Below, piece after piece: positions 21,184-36,608 of a stretch of 64,000 nt of DNA. Every line of letters starts with the position of its first letter. The first letter of the stretch is position 1. The translations under genes and the position numbers were made by a program. The notes under the pieces are model-generated. The model made no database searches. It worked only from the letters and a program-made list of their open reading frames with translations, and had not been told where the DNA came from. The DNA comes from Moniliella sp. 'wahieum' (taxonomy: Eukaryota), in assembly GCA_003971905.1 (NCBI GenBank), contig RSEE01000034.1:496001-560000 (forward strand), read 5' to 3'.

Positions 21184-22776
21184 TTACATGGCCACCGGCA
21201 CGCTCCCCCCGCCTCCGCGGGGCGGGTAGCCACCGGGGCGGTAGGCAGCTGCATGGCCTTGGGCGTAGCCTGCTGCGTAGGACCATCCTCCTGCTCCCGG
21301 AGCAGGGGGAGGATGCGGATGCGGATGCGGATGTGCATGCGGGTCGTGCGACGCTCGCATCCACTCCGGCACCGACGACAGCGACAGCCGCATCATATCT
21401 CGTGCGCCATGGTGAAGGGAGCGGTCGCGCGGATTGTGGGTCCAGCCAGCGGGCGACAACCAGGACCGGCCTGTGGCGGTGGAAGCGTTGGCCGCCACGT
21501 CGGGCCCTGTGCCGGCCACATGGCTGGTAGAGACGGGGGTTAGGTACGACGGCGGCTCGTACGACGTCGGCAGCACCGTCCCTCCCGATCGGGCATAGGA
21601 CGGGGCCGAGTCTTTGGACCGGTGCAGCAGTTGGCTCGGCCGGGGAAAGGATGGGTGGCCCTGCTCCATGCGCTCCTCCCCGGCGGCGACATCCTTCAAG
21701 GTCTTGGCGTTGTTGTACAGGTAGAGTCCCACAAACGTGAGCGTGATTCCAGCGAGTTGGATGGGCGTGACGCGTTGGTGGAACCAGACAATGGCAACGC
21801 AAATGACAAACACGCGCTTCAGCAGGCTGGCTACCGAGTAGGTCACGGGCGACACGAGCGCCAGCACGGTAAAGGCAAAAATGTTTTGCGCAAAGTGCAC
21901 CACGCCGTTGCACCAGATCATACTGAGCACGTGGAACGTGTAGATCGACTCGCCATCGGCCCGTTGGCCCGCCCATAGGCGCGCTCCATCGTAATAGAAC
22001 ACCATCGGTACCATCAATACCGACGCACACCCGGACGAGTACAGAAGAATGTTGATCTTGTCCAACTTGCCCTCGGCCTTGGCCCCGGACGAGGAAGAGG
22101 AAGACGAAGGCGGAGGCAATGGTGCCTTTTCGTCGGGTCGCCGAGCCAAGTCGGCCGCCTTGGAGGGAGACGAATGACCATGTCCATGCCCCGTAAGCAG
22201 TTTTTTGGAGTAAATGTTTTGGGCCACAAAGATGACCGTCGATGCCAGGGCGGCCAAAAGACCGCCCTTGGACCCTGGTTGCGTCAGCAGCGCACGCCCC
22301 GTGCAGGCCATCATGACACCCAATGTAAGTGGGCACAAGGAGAGCCAGGTTCGCGGGTGGTACGTTGCGCCAAACAGCCCCGCATACGCAACCACAGTAA
22401 ACAGGGGCGACAAGGCCTTGATCGTCTGCACCGTAGCGACCGGTACGCGGGAAATGGCGAGACTGCTCAGCGCATGGCCCACAACGGTAAACACAGACAG
22501 CTGGCCCACTTCCAGGATGCGCGACCAGCGCGGCGGCGCCAGCGTAGACACCACGTGCCGCCCCAACAGCCGCTTGGAGCAGGCCAGCTGGCAAAAGAGG
22601 TGGACAAACAGGAATTGAATCCAAGTCAGAGTGACAGGTAAGGGGAAGGGAGCCACAAGGGGGCGGCCATCAGGTGCAGGGGGGCGGTGCTTGGGCGCAG
22701 AGAGGATGGCTTTGCTGGTGGTGGATGATAGGGCCGAGCTGAGGTACCAGGCCAAGCAGCAAATCAGTAGGCCCAT
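21184..22776 (-). CDS. Triose-phosphate/nucleotide-sugar transporter family protein (Sly41-like, DMT superfamily)
   Basis: CLAWYLSSALSS, FPLPVTLTWIQF, GHALSSLAISRVPVATVQTIKALSPLFTV, QNIYSKKLL, LDKINILLYSS, HFAQNIFAF.VL..VSPVTYSVASLLKRVFVI. Confidence 0.92.
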   Translation of the reverse strand: MGLLICCLAWYLSSALSSTTSKAILSAPKHRPPAPDGRPLVAPFPLPVTLTWIQFLFVHLFCQLACSKRLLGRHVVSTLAPPRWSRILEVGQLSVFTVVGHALSSLAISRVPVATVQTIKALSPLFTVVAYAGLFGATYHPRTWLSLCPLTLGVMMACTGRALLTQPGSKGGLLAALASTVIFVAQNIYSKKLLTGHGHGHSSPSKAADLARRPDEKAPLPPPSSSSSSSGAKAEGKLDKINILLYSSGCASVLMVPMVFYYDGARLWAGQRADGESIYTFHVLSMIWCNGVVHFAQNIFAFTVLALVSPVTYSVASLLKRVFVICVAIVWFHQRVTPIQLAGITLTFVGLYLYNNAKTLKDVAAGEERMEQGHPSFPRPSQLLHRSKDSAPSYARSGGTVLPTSYEPPSYLTPVSTSHVAGTGPDVAANASTATGRSWLSPAGWTHNPRDRSLHHGARDMMRLSLSSVPEWMRASHDPHAHPHPHPHPPPAPGAGGWSYAAGYAQGHAAAYRPGGYPPRGGGGSVPVAM

Positions 22777-24583
22777 GGTCGCAGCAGAGGGGTAACCTGC
22801 TGGAGCACCCGTGGGAGAGAAAGGGCAGAGCGCATGGGGAGAAGGCGAGGGGTGTGTGGTGAAAGAAAGCAGTGGTGGGAGGTGGTCGTAAGGCCAAACT
22901 AGAGAGTGGAAGTGGAGTGGGATCCACAGCAAGGAAACGGTGGTGGGGACTCTGGGAGAGGGGGCCAGGTTAGCATGCGTGCCCACCACACTCGCTCCCG
23001 GGGCAAACAGCTTGGCCACGCGGGGAGGAGAGGGGGGGGAGGGGGAGGAGGGGGAGCGGCGCACCAGAGCGACAGACGCAGGGGCATGGCACACAGGAGA
23101 GAGGTGCTGGCGAGGGCGAGGGAGCCGAGGGAGGCCGAGCGGCGGGCGGGGCAGGTGGGGGAGGGCCAAGGGACTGGTGCTGGGTGTGGGCGTGCTGGGA
23201 TGGAGGGCAGGCGCGGGAGGGGCAGTGGTGGGGGGTGGCGAGCGGCAAGGCGAGAGCGAGGCAGACAGAGGCGGACAAAAACCCGCAGCGAAGAGGCAGC
23301 CACTGGGCACATGCGGCCCCGCGACACTGCGCCGCGCCTGCGGCTGCGTGGGTGCCGTTCTTCATCACATCACACCTGCGCCTATCGGGGTGTGACATGT
23401 GATGGGTGATCTGAGATGACTTGGCGCACTGCGCTCCTGCCTGAGTACGGAGTGTCCCATCTATATCAGTGCAGCAGGCCTCAGGCTCAGGCATCACACA
23501 TCACGTGAGTGCACTGTGGCTCCAATTTCAAACTTGCCCATGCCCAACCATTAACCAATTCAAACCACGCCAGTGGAGATGCCGATGGGAGACCTCGACG
23601 AGCGATCAGCGATCGTCCTTTCACGTTACCTCTGAAATCTGGAGGACCCTATCGGTGACTTCCCTCAATGCCGTCGTAGACCTTGGGATCGCCAAGTGGT
23701 TAGACCAGCTGTCGTCCCTTCGAAGGGTCGTCCCCAACGCGCAGCATTGAAAGAATCCGACTGAGGGCAACGCACCTGCAGGACGATCATTGATGGGTGA
23801 GGACGCGGGACGCAGTAGTCGATCACTAGACGTACTAGGGAGAGCCTAAACCGTAGCAGTTTCCACTGCAAGTAGTTACACTACCAAGCTAAGGACGATT
23901 GCACTGTACAGGGCGGAGACCGTCAGAGATGGCGTCTCGTGAGCTCTTGACGCGCCGACGCTAGTCTCACCTTGAGTGCAACAGGGAGAAGAGGAAGGAG
24001 GGGAGCGAGGCGCGACGGTATCTAATCCAGAGAGAGTGCGAGTCGCGGAACGCTGTAGCTACTGGTTCCGCCTGCCAGCGATATGGGCGATCACAAGCTG
24101 CTCAAGCTATCAAGCCACGCCAAGTGGTGGTGTCACATGTCACATGCCACCACACTCTAACACCCCCTCGGCCATGGCACTGGTAAACACCCCAGAGAAA
24201 GAGAAAACGGAGGCACGAAAGAAGAGGGCGGGAACAAGCCGAGTCGAACGAAGAAAGAAAAAAAAGAAGGAAGAAGACTCGACGTCGAAAACTTGTAGAA
24301 AAAAATGGAGACGAAAGGCAAAAACAAAAGAGAGAAAGAAACCGACGGACTATGGTTTCTCTTTGCTGACGACCAGTGGCTGCTCTGCCCCGCTCCTCAC
24401 ACTGAGTACTACGGGCGGGTACTGATGACACCTGGTGCCCCACGCATCAAGGCTCCTCCCAAGCATTCTCTGTCTACTTGGGCGTACACACGCCTTCGGT
24501 TCTTTGGTCACACTGTTCGCATTTCTGTTGCGCGCCACGTCGGGAGCGAAGCAAACAGTCAGCAAGGGGGGTTCGAGGCCAAG

Positions 24584-27145
<2,562 letters not shown>

Positions 27146-27444
27146 TTAAATTGTAATCACAGAGGTCACGTGCAGTAGCCGAGATGGAGGTGCCCGCGTG
27201 GCTTCTTGCCTTGCTTGGGCCTGTCGGGACCGAGAGGTACTACTATAAGCGCCCGGGCCCATCGACCATCTACCACCTACCACCCACGCCAACCCCATTC
27301 ACAGGCCAACTCACACCACTGACGCGCAACAGCAGCGCACAACACATACAAATTTCGATGCAGGTACACCACGACAAGAACAGAACAAAACAGAACAAAA
27401 CAAGACAAATATACTTAGCACCCCCCCCCCTGAAATCGATCCCG

Positions 27445-29216
27445 CTACGCAGCCCACGCTGGCGCCGCGCCCGCCTTGCTCGCCGCTCCGCCCGGCGTCT
27501 TGGACGGCTTGGCAGGCCCATGCGCGGCGCTCCGTTGGATGGTAGTGTAAGTCCGGGTCGGGCGCGGGCGCGACCGGTGCGCATGCGACGCCGCGTCGAG
27601 CCCCGCTTGGATCAGCGGGCTGATCGGAGCGCGTGCCAGCCGGTCGGGCAAGGGCAAGGGCAAGGGCAGGGACAAGGACATGGGCAACGACTTGCCGCCC
27701 GCCCCGCTCTCCTCGGGGCCAGGAGAGCCAAGGCGGGACGAAGAACCGTCGTCCGGCTCGGCGGGACCGCGGCTGGGCGCGGGGGGCGCGTGCACGACAA
27801 ACTGCGGTGGCGCGGGGCAGGTGGCCACCACGGGGGTTGGTCGCACGAGACGAGGTAGCGAGGGGACCTGCTTGAACGGATTGAGCGCTTGCACCGACCC
27901 AATCACCACATCCAGTGGCGATGGATCGGGTTTGACCAGAGGCCGAGGCGCTTGCGGCACCATGGGCGGAGGAAGCAGGTCCCATCCCCAACTCGGCTCG
28001 GCACGAGATCGGTCCGGGTCGGTTTCGTGCGCGGGACGCGAGTAGGGGCGCTCCCGCTCCCGCTCCCGCTCCCATCGCCCCGAGGCTGTGGAAGAGGGCA
28101 GCGGATACACTGGAGTTGGGTCCACAATGTGCGTCGTGGGCGGCGCCATGGGCGGAGATGGCAGATGCGGGGGCGAAGCGAGGAAAGGATTGGTACAGTT
28201 CCGTGGGAGCGGAGGAACGTCAGGTTCCTTGCTGGGCCCAGGCGGCGCTCCCAACCCAACGTGCGACCGAGACGCTTTCCTTGCCTTGGGCTTGACCAGT
28301 TTCGCCGTCGTTACCCCGGCGTGCCGACTGGAGCGGCCGGTCGGAACGGGAAGAGATACATTGCGATTGCCTTTGTGGGAGGCAGGGTCGATTGGTTTGA
28401 GCAGATTGGATGCATCAGGATGCTTGCCTCGGTTGCCCTGCATCGTAGCCCGAGCCGAGGTAGCAGTGTGTCTTCGATTGGACCCGGACGTGGCACCAAC
28501 AAAGGTTTGGGCAGGAATAGCTGTGAAAAGAGTTAGTACCTGGTGTCTAGTTCTTTTTGGGGGGATGGCGAACGTACTTTGGGAAAAGAGGAGCGTCTTG
28601 GACGGTTGATGGCCCTGTTGGACCCACGAGATGAGTCGAAGCCAAGCATAAAAGTGGCCTGGCTTGATCCCCAGCGGGGTTCGCTCAAACAGAGCCAAAA
28701 TCCGCGCCTCGTCACGCAGCTGCAATTTGCATGTGATTCGCAGATACGCAAGCGCCGACAACTCGTCATACAAGCCCTCCAAGCCCGACGCGGCCGGACT
28801 CAAACTGAGCAGCGCAGGCAGGTACGCAGCATACTCCTTTGGCGACAAGGCCGATTCGTCCAAGCACGTTGCGCGCAGGCGGTCGCCAGCCGCAGCGACG
28901 GCCAGGTTGGACATGGGCTTGGCCGTGAACTTTTCCCCGCCCGAAACCGATAGAGACGGTACCTTGTTCACCGGACTCGAGGGGGCAGGATCGGAGCTGC
29001 CAAGGCCCGCCATCCCAAGAGGATCCTTGTGTGGTGAGAAGGCAGGATGGGGATACGATTGGGTCGGGGCATGGGACGAGACAGGCGCCTCGCCAAACGA
29101 CGCGGCAGGCGCAGGCTCCAGTAACGAGTCGCTCAGCACGCCGGTGGGGGGCAACGCTGGTGGCGGCGTGGGGGGGCCAGCCGGCGTGGGGGCGAGGGGG
29201 AGACGCTCTCCATCAT
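27445..29216 (-). CDS. Hypothetical proline-rich protein with an EH-like/helical segment
   Basis: 569-aa ORF with a globular stretch (EARILALFE..GIKPGHFYAWLRLISWVQQG) and an in-frame GTACGT...CTAAC...CAG intron near 28523-28577. The start is uncertain. Confidence 0.6.
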
Positions 29217-32200
29217 GGGAGCACAGTAGTCGGGTGCAAGCCCGGAGCTGCTAAAGGGGAGGGGCGCAGGCGAAGGGGCGTGCGAAGCAAGGACAGGCGG
29301 TGGCGGCTGGGCTCCGTAAGGTTGGGAGCGGTGGCGTGAATGGATCAAGCGAAAGGAGGAGCGTGGCGAGGAGGGTGCAAAGGACGTCTGCTTCGGCGGG
29401 GGGAAGCCGTACCCCAAGCCCGTCGCCCCCGACGGTGGGTCGAGATGCGACGGGGGGGTGGAGGAGACACGATGGGCAATGGGCGAGACGAGCATACTGG
29501 CTGCTGCAGGCACACAGACCCACGAGGGAGATGGTAGAAGAGATGGGAACAAACAGAGCCACCGGGGGGATCAGGTGATCCGGCAGCACTCTCTCCCAAC
29601 TCGGGCGTGCCTCGGAGAGGGGGGTGACGGTGTGTTTGCACACGCTGTGAGCCTGCACCGTCCCGTGTTTACTCAGGGTGAGGGCGTGTCACAGGCTGGT
29701 GGCGCGTTGCTCGGACGAGGCGGGACGTGACTGGTGAGGAGTGCAAGTCGGTGTGAAGGCAAGTGGCCGACGGAAGCAAGCGGTGGGAGCAGAGGCAAGA
29801 AAATCGGCCAACAGCTGGCGCAGAGCAGGGGGGCAGGAGGAGGATAGCCAGGGAGGAGCCGGCACGGGAGGAGCGCTGAGGAGCGTGTTCTGGTGCGTGG
29901 ATTTGGCGAGGGAGGGATTGATGCGGATGCTGGCGTGGTGCGGGCGGGGGTGTCGCTGGCGCAGAGGGAGTGGCTGCTTTGTGTCTGTGCTGTGCGCTGA
30001 GGCGAGGCGGGCCAGGTGATGGGGGTGATGCGGTCGCCGGTGAGGTCTCAGGGGGGCAGAGGGCACTGGGCCAGTTGAGCGATGGCGCTGATCGTTGGTT
30101 CTTGGACAGCTGAGTGCGTGAATGGGGGGCATTGGATATTGAACGTTGAGGCTGAGGAGGACGAGCACTAGCGCAGGCAGTGCACTGGCACTACGCTCCC
30201 CCGGCAGCCTCCATGGGCCTCTCGGGCGTCTTCGCATCCTGTCTGCCTCGAGGCTCCTCGGACTCGCACTCCGTACTCAGTTACTCTCGCAATCTCAATA
30301 TTCATATTCATCGATCATCGATCATCTTCCGTCGTTGCAGCCACCGCTCAGACACGCCTTGCACTGCCCCCGGCACCATCCATGCCGCTCATCGATCACC
30401 CATCCACCGTCGGTGTTCAATCCCTCCGTTCAATCTGTGCAATTCATTCGAATCGCCGTGCTAACGCTGGGCACTACTTGTGCGAATGACGTCTGGAAAG
30501 CGCTAAATACCGTCTTTTTTACCAAGTTTGTTTTGCTCGTCCTTCGCCCTCTTCAAGCTTCAAGCTTCAACGCTTCAACTCAGGAACTCAGGCAGCGATC
30601 GCACAACGCCGCTGTTGTTGCTATATCAGTCACAGTCCTTAGTCACTCGGTACTAGTGACTAGCCACGCGGCCACGAGATCACTTGTCTCGGCCACTAGG
30701 CTGTATTTAGTACGCACTGTACTCAAGCAGGACTCAGGTACTTACTCTGTAACGCATTCAGTACGTACTCAGTACACAGTACTGCGCCGCTGAGCTGGGT
30801 ATCTCCATGAGCGGTGACCAGTGACCGGTGACCATGACCTCATAGAGCGGTCCGAAGGGCGCTCTGCCTTACGTCATTTTCCTACCTGTGCCATCAACAC
30901 ATGGATCGGGAACAATCGGGGCTTGATTAATGAGTACCCAGCGCAGCTTGGCGACGCAGGCACTTCTCCAATACTTGGGCGCGGCGGTCCCGTTCCGCCG
31001 CTGTTCCGCCCCTCCTTGTTGCGCCTCCGGGCTGCCTCGCCGTGGTTGCATCCCCACCACTTCTGCCTGCCTTGCTCGCCTGCCACTGCCGCAATGCTAC
31101 GGTAGCGTCGCCAGGGACTAGGAATGCCCAACAGAGTCTGCTAGGTATGAGTAAGTTTTGCGGGCCAGGCTTAGGGATGGGCTGGCGTAGCGTGCAAGGA
31201 TATGCATTGGGCAACCCCGCACCGTCCTCGAGGCCGGAGGATCATCTGCTGGCTCTCCTGCCTCAAGCCGAGGCCTGAGCCCCTCACAGTTGAAAGAGGT
31301 CCTTTTCTTCCACGGGGGGGAGATGCCCATGTGTATGTATACTTTACCGCTGCCCCCCGGCTTTGGGCCACCAGACTCATACCCGCACCTTCTTCGATAT
31401 GCCACTACCGGCTACCATTTATTGGATGCGTTTGCCAAGTGACTAGTGACTAGTGACTAGTCGACTGTGGGTCTAGTGACTAGTGGCGATAGAGTGGCTG
31501 CCCAACCGGTCTGTCGATCCTGCCTTGGAAATGATCTGCCACGCAACCAAAACTACCATTGGCTACTCGTGCGAAGACACGGCCCAGGTTCGGGAAGACC
31601 TGCCGAGACACTCACAAACTCGCGCGTGTTCCCCTCTGACCTGCGCCTTCTCCATCTCACATCTCACCGCAGCCGAGATGGAGGTGCAAATGAATGGGAA
31701 CAACACAACGTTCCGCTTTCAGATTGTGCTCGGGACAGTAGAGAGAGCAAGAGGACGTATCCAGCATGAGCGCTGAGCTGTAACAGTGTGGACGGGCACA
31801 AGAGGTAGTGCATTTCAGGCGTTGTGTCCCACCCACCTCATTGCTCCGAATCGGCCCGACGTGCTGAACATGCTGCGGGTCTGGTTAGTGGTGGATGCGG
31901 GGAAACGGCGATGATTACATCGCTCCATGGAAACCACGGCGACCGCACCGTGCCGTTCAACCTGCCGTGGGACACGCCCGCGTTCGGTTAGCACTTTTAC
32001 CCTAGCGTTCCAGTGCCGCCCCGTGCCGATTCACAAGAACTTTGAGGGCGCAGGGGAGAGAGACACTGTGCCCCAAAGCGCCCATATATCCCTCTGACGA
32101 GCCCATCTGCCGGCAACCCGGAAAAGAGACACCCGAGTCTTGCTCCCTCCATCCTCGTCTTGATCTCAGCGGTGGTTGCCCTCGCAACGGGCATCGCACG

Positions 32201-32757
32201 TGTTGGGCATCTATGCCTGCCATGCATTTCCACACGGGGGCTCCAACAACGGAGCATATGGTACCTGTACCAGTACCGCTATTATAATAGTGAATTACTG
32301 GTGAATGCCATGCAGCTACAGCCCACCAGGAACACGGATGGAAAAGGGGGTTCAATTGAAAGATACTGGGTCGCGGTCCGCCGGGTACAGGAGACGGGTA
32401 TCCAGTAAAAGACGGGTGGGGGACCAAGACGGAGAATCGATGGGGGTGGCCCACAGGGGGGGCTGGGGGCAGACCGTCTACGAGCACGTCGAGCCATGGG
32501 CCGCGGGGCCCGTAAAAAGAAGTGACACGAGCGGGACGCACGGCGAGAAGGAGGGTGAGACGCGCGAAAAATTCGGACGGGGAAATGTTTGAAAAGAAGG
32601 GCCAGGAGATATATGGCGGGGCACAGCTCGGACCTGGCCAGGCGTGGCCTGCTTTAACTGGCAAAAGCCTAAAAGGTTTGGAGCCGGAGCAGGGATGGAT
32701 CAGTGCCAGTGGCTCCTCCGAATAGCAGAGAAGGCAAGCGGAGGCAGCCTCTTGCCA

Positions 32758-33140
32758 TTAACACAGCAACTCGTCCAGCGCACAGCACGCCAAGCACGCC
32801 ACGCAGCAGGCACAGCACCCGCCAGGCCCATCGTTCTTTTGCTCGGGCTGCTGCACGTACACAGTTTGCGGCGGGGGCTGCTGCGGGTAGTACCCGCCCT
32901 GCGGGGGGGGGGCACCGTACGCCTGTTGCGGCGGGGGCTGCTGCGGGTAGTACCCGCCCTGCGGGGGGGGGGCACCGTACGCCTGTTGCGGGGGAGGGGG
33001 GTAGTACCCGCCCTGCGGGGGAGGGCCGCCGCCACCGCCGTAGTACTGCGAGGCGCGCAAGGGTCAGTTGGGGAGGCGGGCCACGAGAAGCGCCGAGCGA
33101 GGCGGAAGAGAGGGGAGGGACGTACGTCTTGGGCCGACAT
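32758..33140 (-). CDS. CYSTM-family cysteine-rich tail-anchored membrane protein with a Pro/Gln/Gly/Tyr-rich N-terminus
   Basis: MSAQD|YYGGG after an 80-nt intron (33046-33125, GTACGT..CTGAC..CAG); 60-bp coding tandem repeat; C-terminus QTVYVQQP..GCCACCVACLACCALDELLC*. Confidence 0.9.
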
Positions 33141-35381
33141 TATGGTCTGGTTGGAAGAGGAGGCGAGGGGGGAATGAGAGCGGCGCGCCGGCGGGGGAGG
33201 CGGGGCGGTGGTGGTGGTGTGGTGGTGGAGGAAGCGAACAGAGGGCGTGGGACGCAGCACCAAGGAGGGCTGGACGGGCAAGAGGGGAGCAATATTATAC
33301 AAAGCTAATAACGCCTCCGCTCCCAGCCGCTGACACAGGCGCTGTGGCGGTGCTGGAGGCGGTGGAGGCTGTCGCGCCGCGCCGCTGCCGGCCTGTGCCG
33401 TCGGCCGCCAGACAGTGCTCTCGGACAGGACACTGGCGCCATGCCAGCGGTGGGCGGTGCGCTGGGCTGCCGGTTGGGACGGCGCCAGTGTCTGCAGTGC
33501 CGAGCCGCACACAAAGGAGCACAGCCCCATCGCCTGGGGGGCAGGGCGGCAGCATGGGGCCTGTGCTCTGTATCTGCGTCCACACAGGATCTGCACTCGC
33601 GCTGCCTGCTAATGCATAATGGCTACCAACTTCAAGCGTCAAGCTTCGTCCAAAGGGGAGGCTGTTGATGCTGCTGCTGGTGCGGATGTTCCTGCGGCAG
33701 ATGCGTGACGCCCGATGCGGGTGACCAATTCCGCCACCGACGCACCCAGTGCCCAGGCAACACGCGCGCAACACTCCCGCGGAATGATGAATGTGAATGG
33801 TTGGCCAATCCGGCCCCCAAGCAACCAGGACAGCCAATTCAGTGTCGAACAAAGGAGGGTCATCCACCCTCTTGCACCGTCTCCCTCACGCCCATCCAGT
33901 AGGCTCCCACACGCCTTCCACCCACCTTCCCCGCACGACTTTCCACCGCTCAACCACCTCGTCTCCCCAGCCCTGGCGCTCCTCCCGACATGCGCCCAGA
34001 GGGTTCACCCTTGTCCGCGCCCTCACGCTCTCCGTTCCTGAGTCGTCGGTAATCACCTTTGAGAGCGTGTTCTATTGCACGTATACGTCTCGACCATGAA
34101 GCTTGAAGGCCACATAGACCAGGTCGCCGGCCGGCCCGGGGCCTGCGGACTGGGCATTTTGGGCCCGTGGGCACGGCGGTGCGCTATTCTATCTCAGCCG
34201 AGCGCGCGGTGGGAAAAGGGGAGAGGGCGCTGGATATGCAGCTATCATGTATCACCCGCCTGTCCTGATGCCCCGCAATATGGGCCACCATATATAAGCC
34301 GTTCGCGACACTGGGCCTGCCACTGGCCTTGGAAGCAAACGACGAGCAGCTGGTTGCCCCCTATTCGTCATCGCCAAAGCAACCGTAGGACAGTGCGGCC
34401 GAGTTTCTTTGGCCCAAAAGAAGATCAGCAAGATGCGAATCAGGGCCCCACTACCTCCCCCCCATCCTTGCCCAATGCTAGTAGGTCCTCAGGGGGGAGG
34501 AAAATCGAGGGTGATGACAACCAGCGGATGGGGTTGTGGACCGAGCGGCGTCGCTCACCCAGGTGACGGACGCGTATTCCATCGCACGAGAGGTGACCCC
34601 GGGGAAGCCTCAGGGAAACTCCACATCCGTGGGGGAGAAGAAGCCTCCTCTCTGGTCCTTCTGGCCATCGACATGCGGGTGCTCGTGATCGAATGCCGAG
34701 AGAGAAAGGGGCTCCATGTGCGCGAAGGGGTGGGGGCAGTGTCTATAAGGGAAACGGGCAGCGGAGGGGGGGTTAGGGGGCTAGGGCCTAGTTGCGTTCA
34801 ATGTACTCCAGCCCTCTTCCTCCCTTCGCTATTAACTCACGAGGAAGTGCTATCGGATGACATTCTTAGTGCCTTCGCAGCCTGCGCTTGCTTCTGTTGG
34901 AGGGTAGTGCTGGGGTTCCCTTGCACGGCCCTCGGTGGATCGCGGAAGAGTTCTGCTCGCAGGGCGCGCGCGCCCTGCTCGCTTCATTTCCCTTCTCTCT
35001 CTCCTGTCTCCTTCCCTTCAACTCGATGTTGCCTGAAGACTTGTGGTTCTAGCAGCCTCATCTGCTTCGCTCTGTCAACATCTATGCCAGCGTGATGGGG
35101 CTTAGAGATGAGGAGGGGGTTACCAAAAAGGGGTCAACCAATAGTCAGCATCATCGATCAGTGGGAATCCTTTATCCCACCTTCCGTTCTCGCATGTCCA
35201 ACTCCTGAACGTTTCCAGCCAATTGATTCAGTAATACAGGCAACCTTTCGTCTCCACTTGGCTGCATCATCTTCATCATCCAACCTCCTCCTCCAGCTTT
35301 CCATCTGCCCAGTCGCGCGAGCCTTCCATCAGCCGCGTCGGTTCCCCGTACCACAGCATGTCGCGTGGGTTCCTTTCACAG

Positions 35382-35738
35382 TCACTGCCATGCCTCAGCC
35401 CTGGCAGTGTCTGTCCGCTCCACTGCATCTACCCGTCTCTGAGCCCCGGAGGTTTCAGACACGTTCCTACCCTCCAGCCGGCGTATACGCGGCCTTGCCA
35501 CGCGTGCAGCCGCCTCGGCTCCACGCCCAAAGGCTTCTCTTCCTCGCTCGGATCCACCAGGTAGCCCGTGAGTCGCAATTGCTTGTTTCAACTTGCTACA
35601 CCGCTCCGCGGCAGCCTTGTGGCCAGGTCGACGGCAGTGGGGGCACAACCGTGGGCGTGGATTGAAGGGGCACCGTGTGCGAGTGTGGGCGTCGGTGTCG
35701 CAATGGGGGCACCGGCGGGGAGTACGGGTAGGGGGCAT
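35382..35738 (-). CDS. Small basic protein with two N-terminal CCHC zinc knuckles; the C-terminus may extend to ~35170 across a frameshift
   Basis: CPHCDTDAHTRTRC = CX2CX4HX4C and CPHCRRPGHKAAAERC = CX2CX4HX6C. ATG is in an AAAATG context, with CCAAT (35789-35793) and GTCACGTG (35812-35819) upstream. Confidence 0.6.
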   Translation of the reverse strand: MPPTRTPRRCPHCDTDAHTRTRCPFNPRPRLCPHCRRPGHKAAAERCSKLKQAIATHGLPGGSERGREAFGRGAEAAARVARPRIRRLEGRNVSETSGAQRRVDAVERTDTARAEAWQ

Positions 35739-36608
35739 TTTAAGTGGGTGGAGGGACGCGTCGACGCGACTCTGTCATATGCCCGATGATTGGCGCAGCC
35801 AGCCCCCAGCCGTCACGTGCAGGTGGGGGGGGTGCAGTAGGGTTGCACATTTTCTTTGCACCCTCCGATATGGAACTTAGAGATTCAGTCAGTAGGGGCT
35901 ACCTGAGTTCGTGAACACGGGATCACCCGGGTCACATGTCACAGGCGACAAATGTACCCAGGGGAGCGTCTCTCGCCAACAGGGTTTAGCGTGACCCAGC
36001 TCGACGCACACAATACAGTAATACACTGGTTCATTCGCGACTACAGGCGGACGCAAAGCCAGAGTGAGATCCGCCCCCCCCCCCCCCCGCCTGGCGCCAC
36101 GAACGTTACGTTGAACACTCATTCGGGTGGGTATAACACACATACAAGTACATGCCCGCGCGCTGTGCCGCCGTGCCGGTCCCATGCTTAAATAGATGTC
36201 ACGCCCAGCGCACGCAACCTGCTCACTGTTGCCGCTTGGAGCGGCGCTAGAAAATGCAGCCGAATGGTGGGGAGGAGAGTCGTGTCCTGCTCGCTCCGCG
36301 GGCTCACCACCAAGTCGGCGCCGACGGGCCCATCGGCATCTTGCTCTGTCTCTGCCTCTGCCTCGTCGCTCGTCTCGAGAGGGGGAAGCGACCGTGCCAT
36401 GCCACACGCATGGAGCACCTCGGACCACATGCACTCCAGCCCTTCCATCCGCGGCCCTGGCACAGAGAGGCAGACGCAGTCCAGGTCAGTGCATGCGTAG
36501 GCGCGCATCTGCCGCTCCCATCGAGCTAGGTTCCACTGCGGTGTGAACTGCAGGCAAGACAAGCCAAGACAAACAAAACAAGATAGGGCACCACAAGGCC
36601 AGACATGG

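Noticed and set aside
23976..24425. Lys/Arg-rich 149-aa ORF
   Set aside because: It is the purine-rich complement of the T-rich region downstream of SEC23; a compositional artefact.
29250..32660. Numerous 60-220 aa ORFs in the gene-poor interval
   Set aside because: No recognisable domains or splice-consistent models; the region looks like long leaders/promoters with microrepeats.
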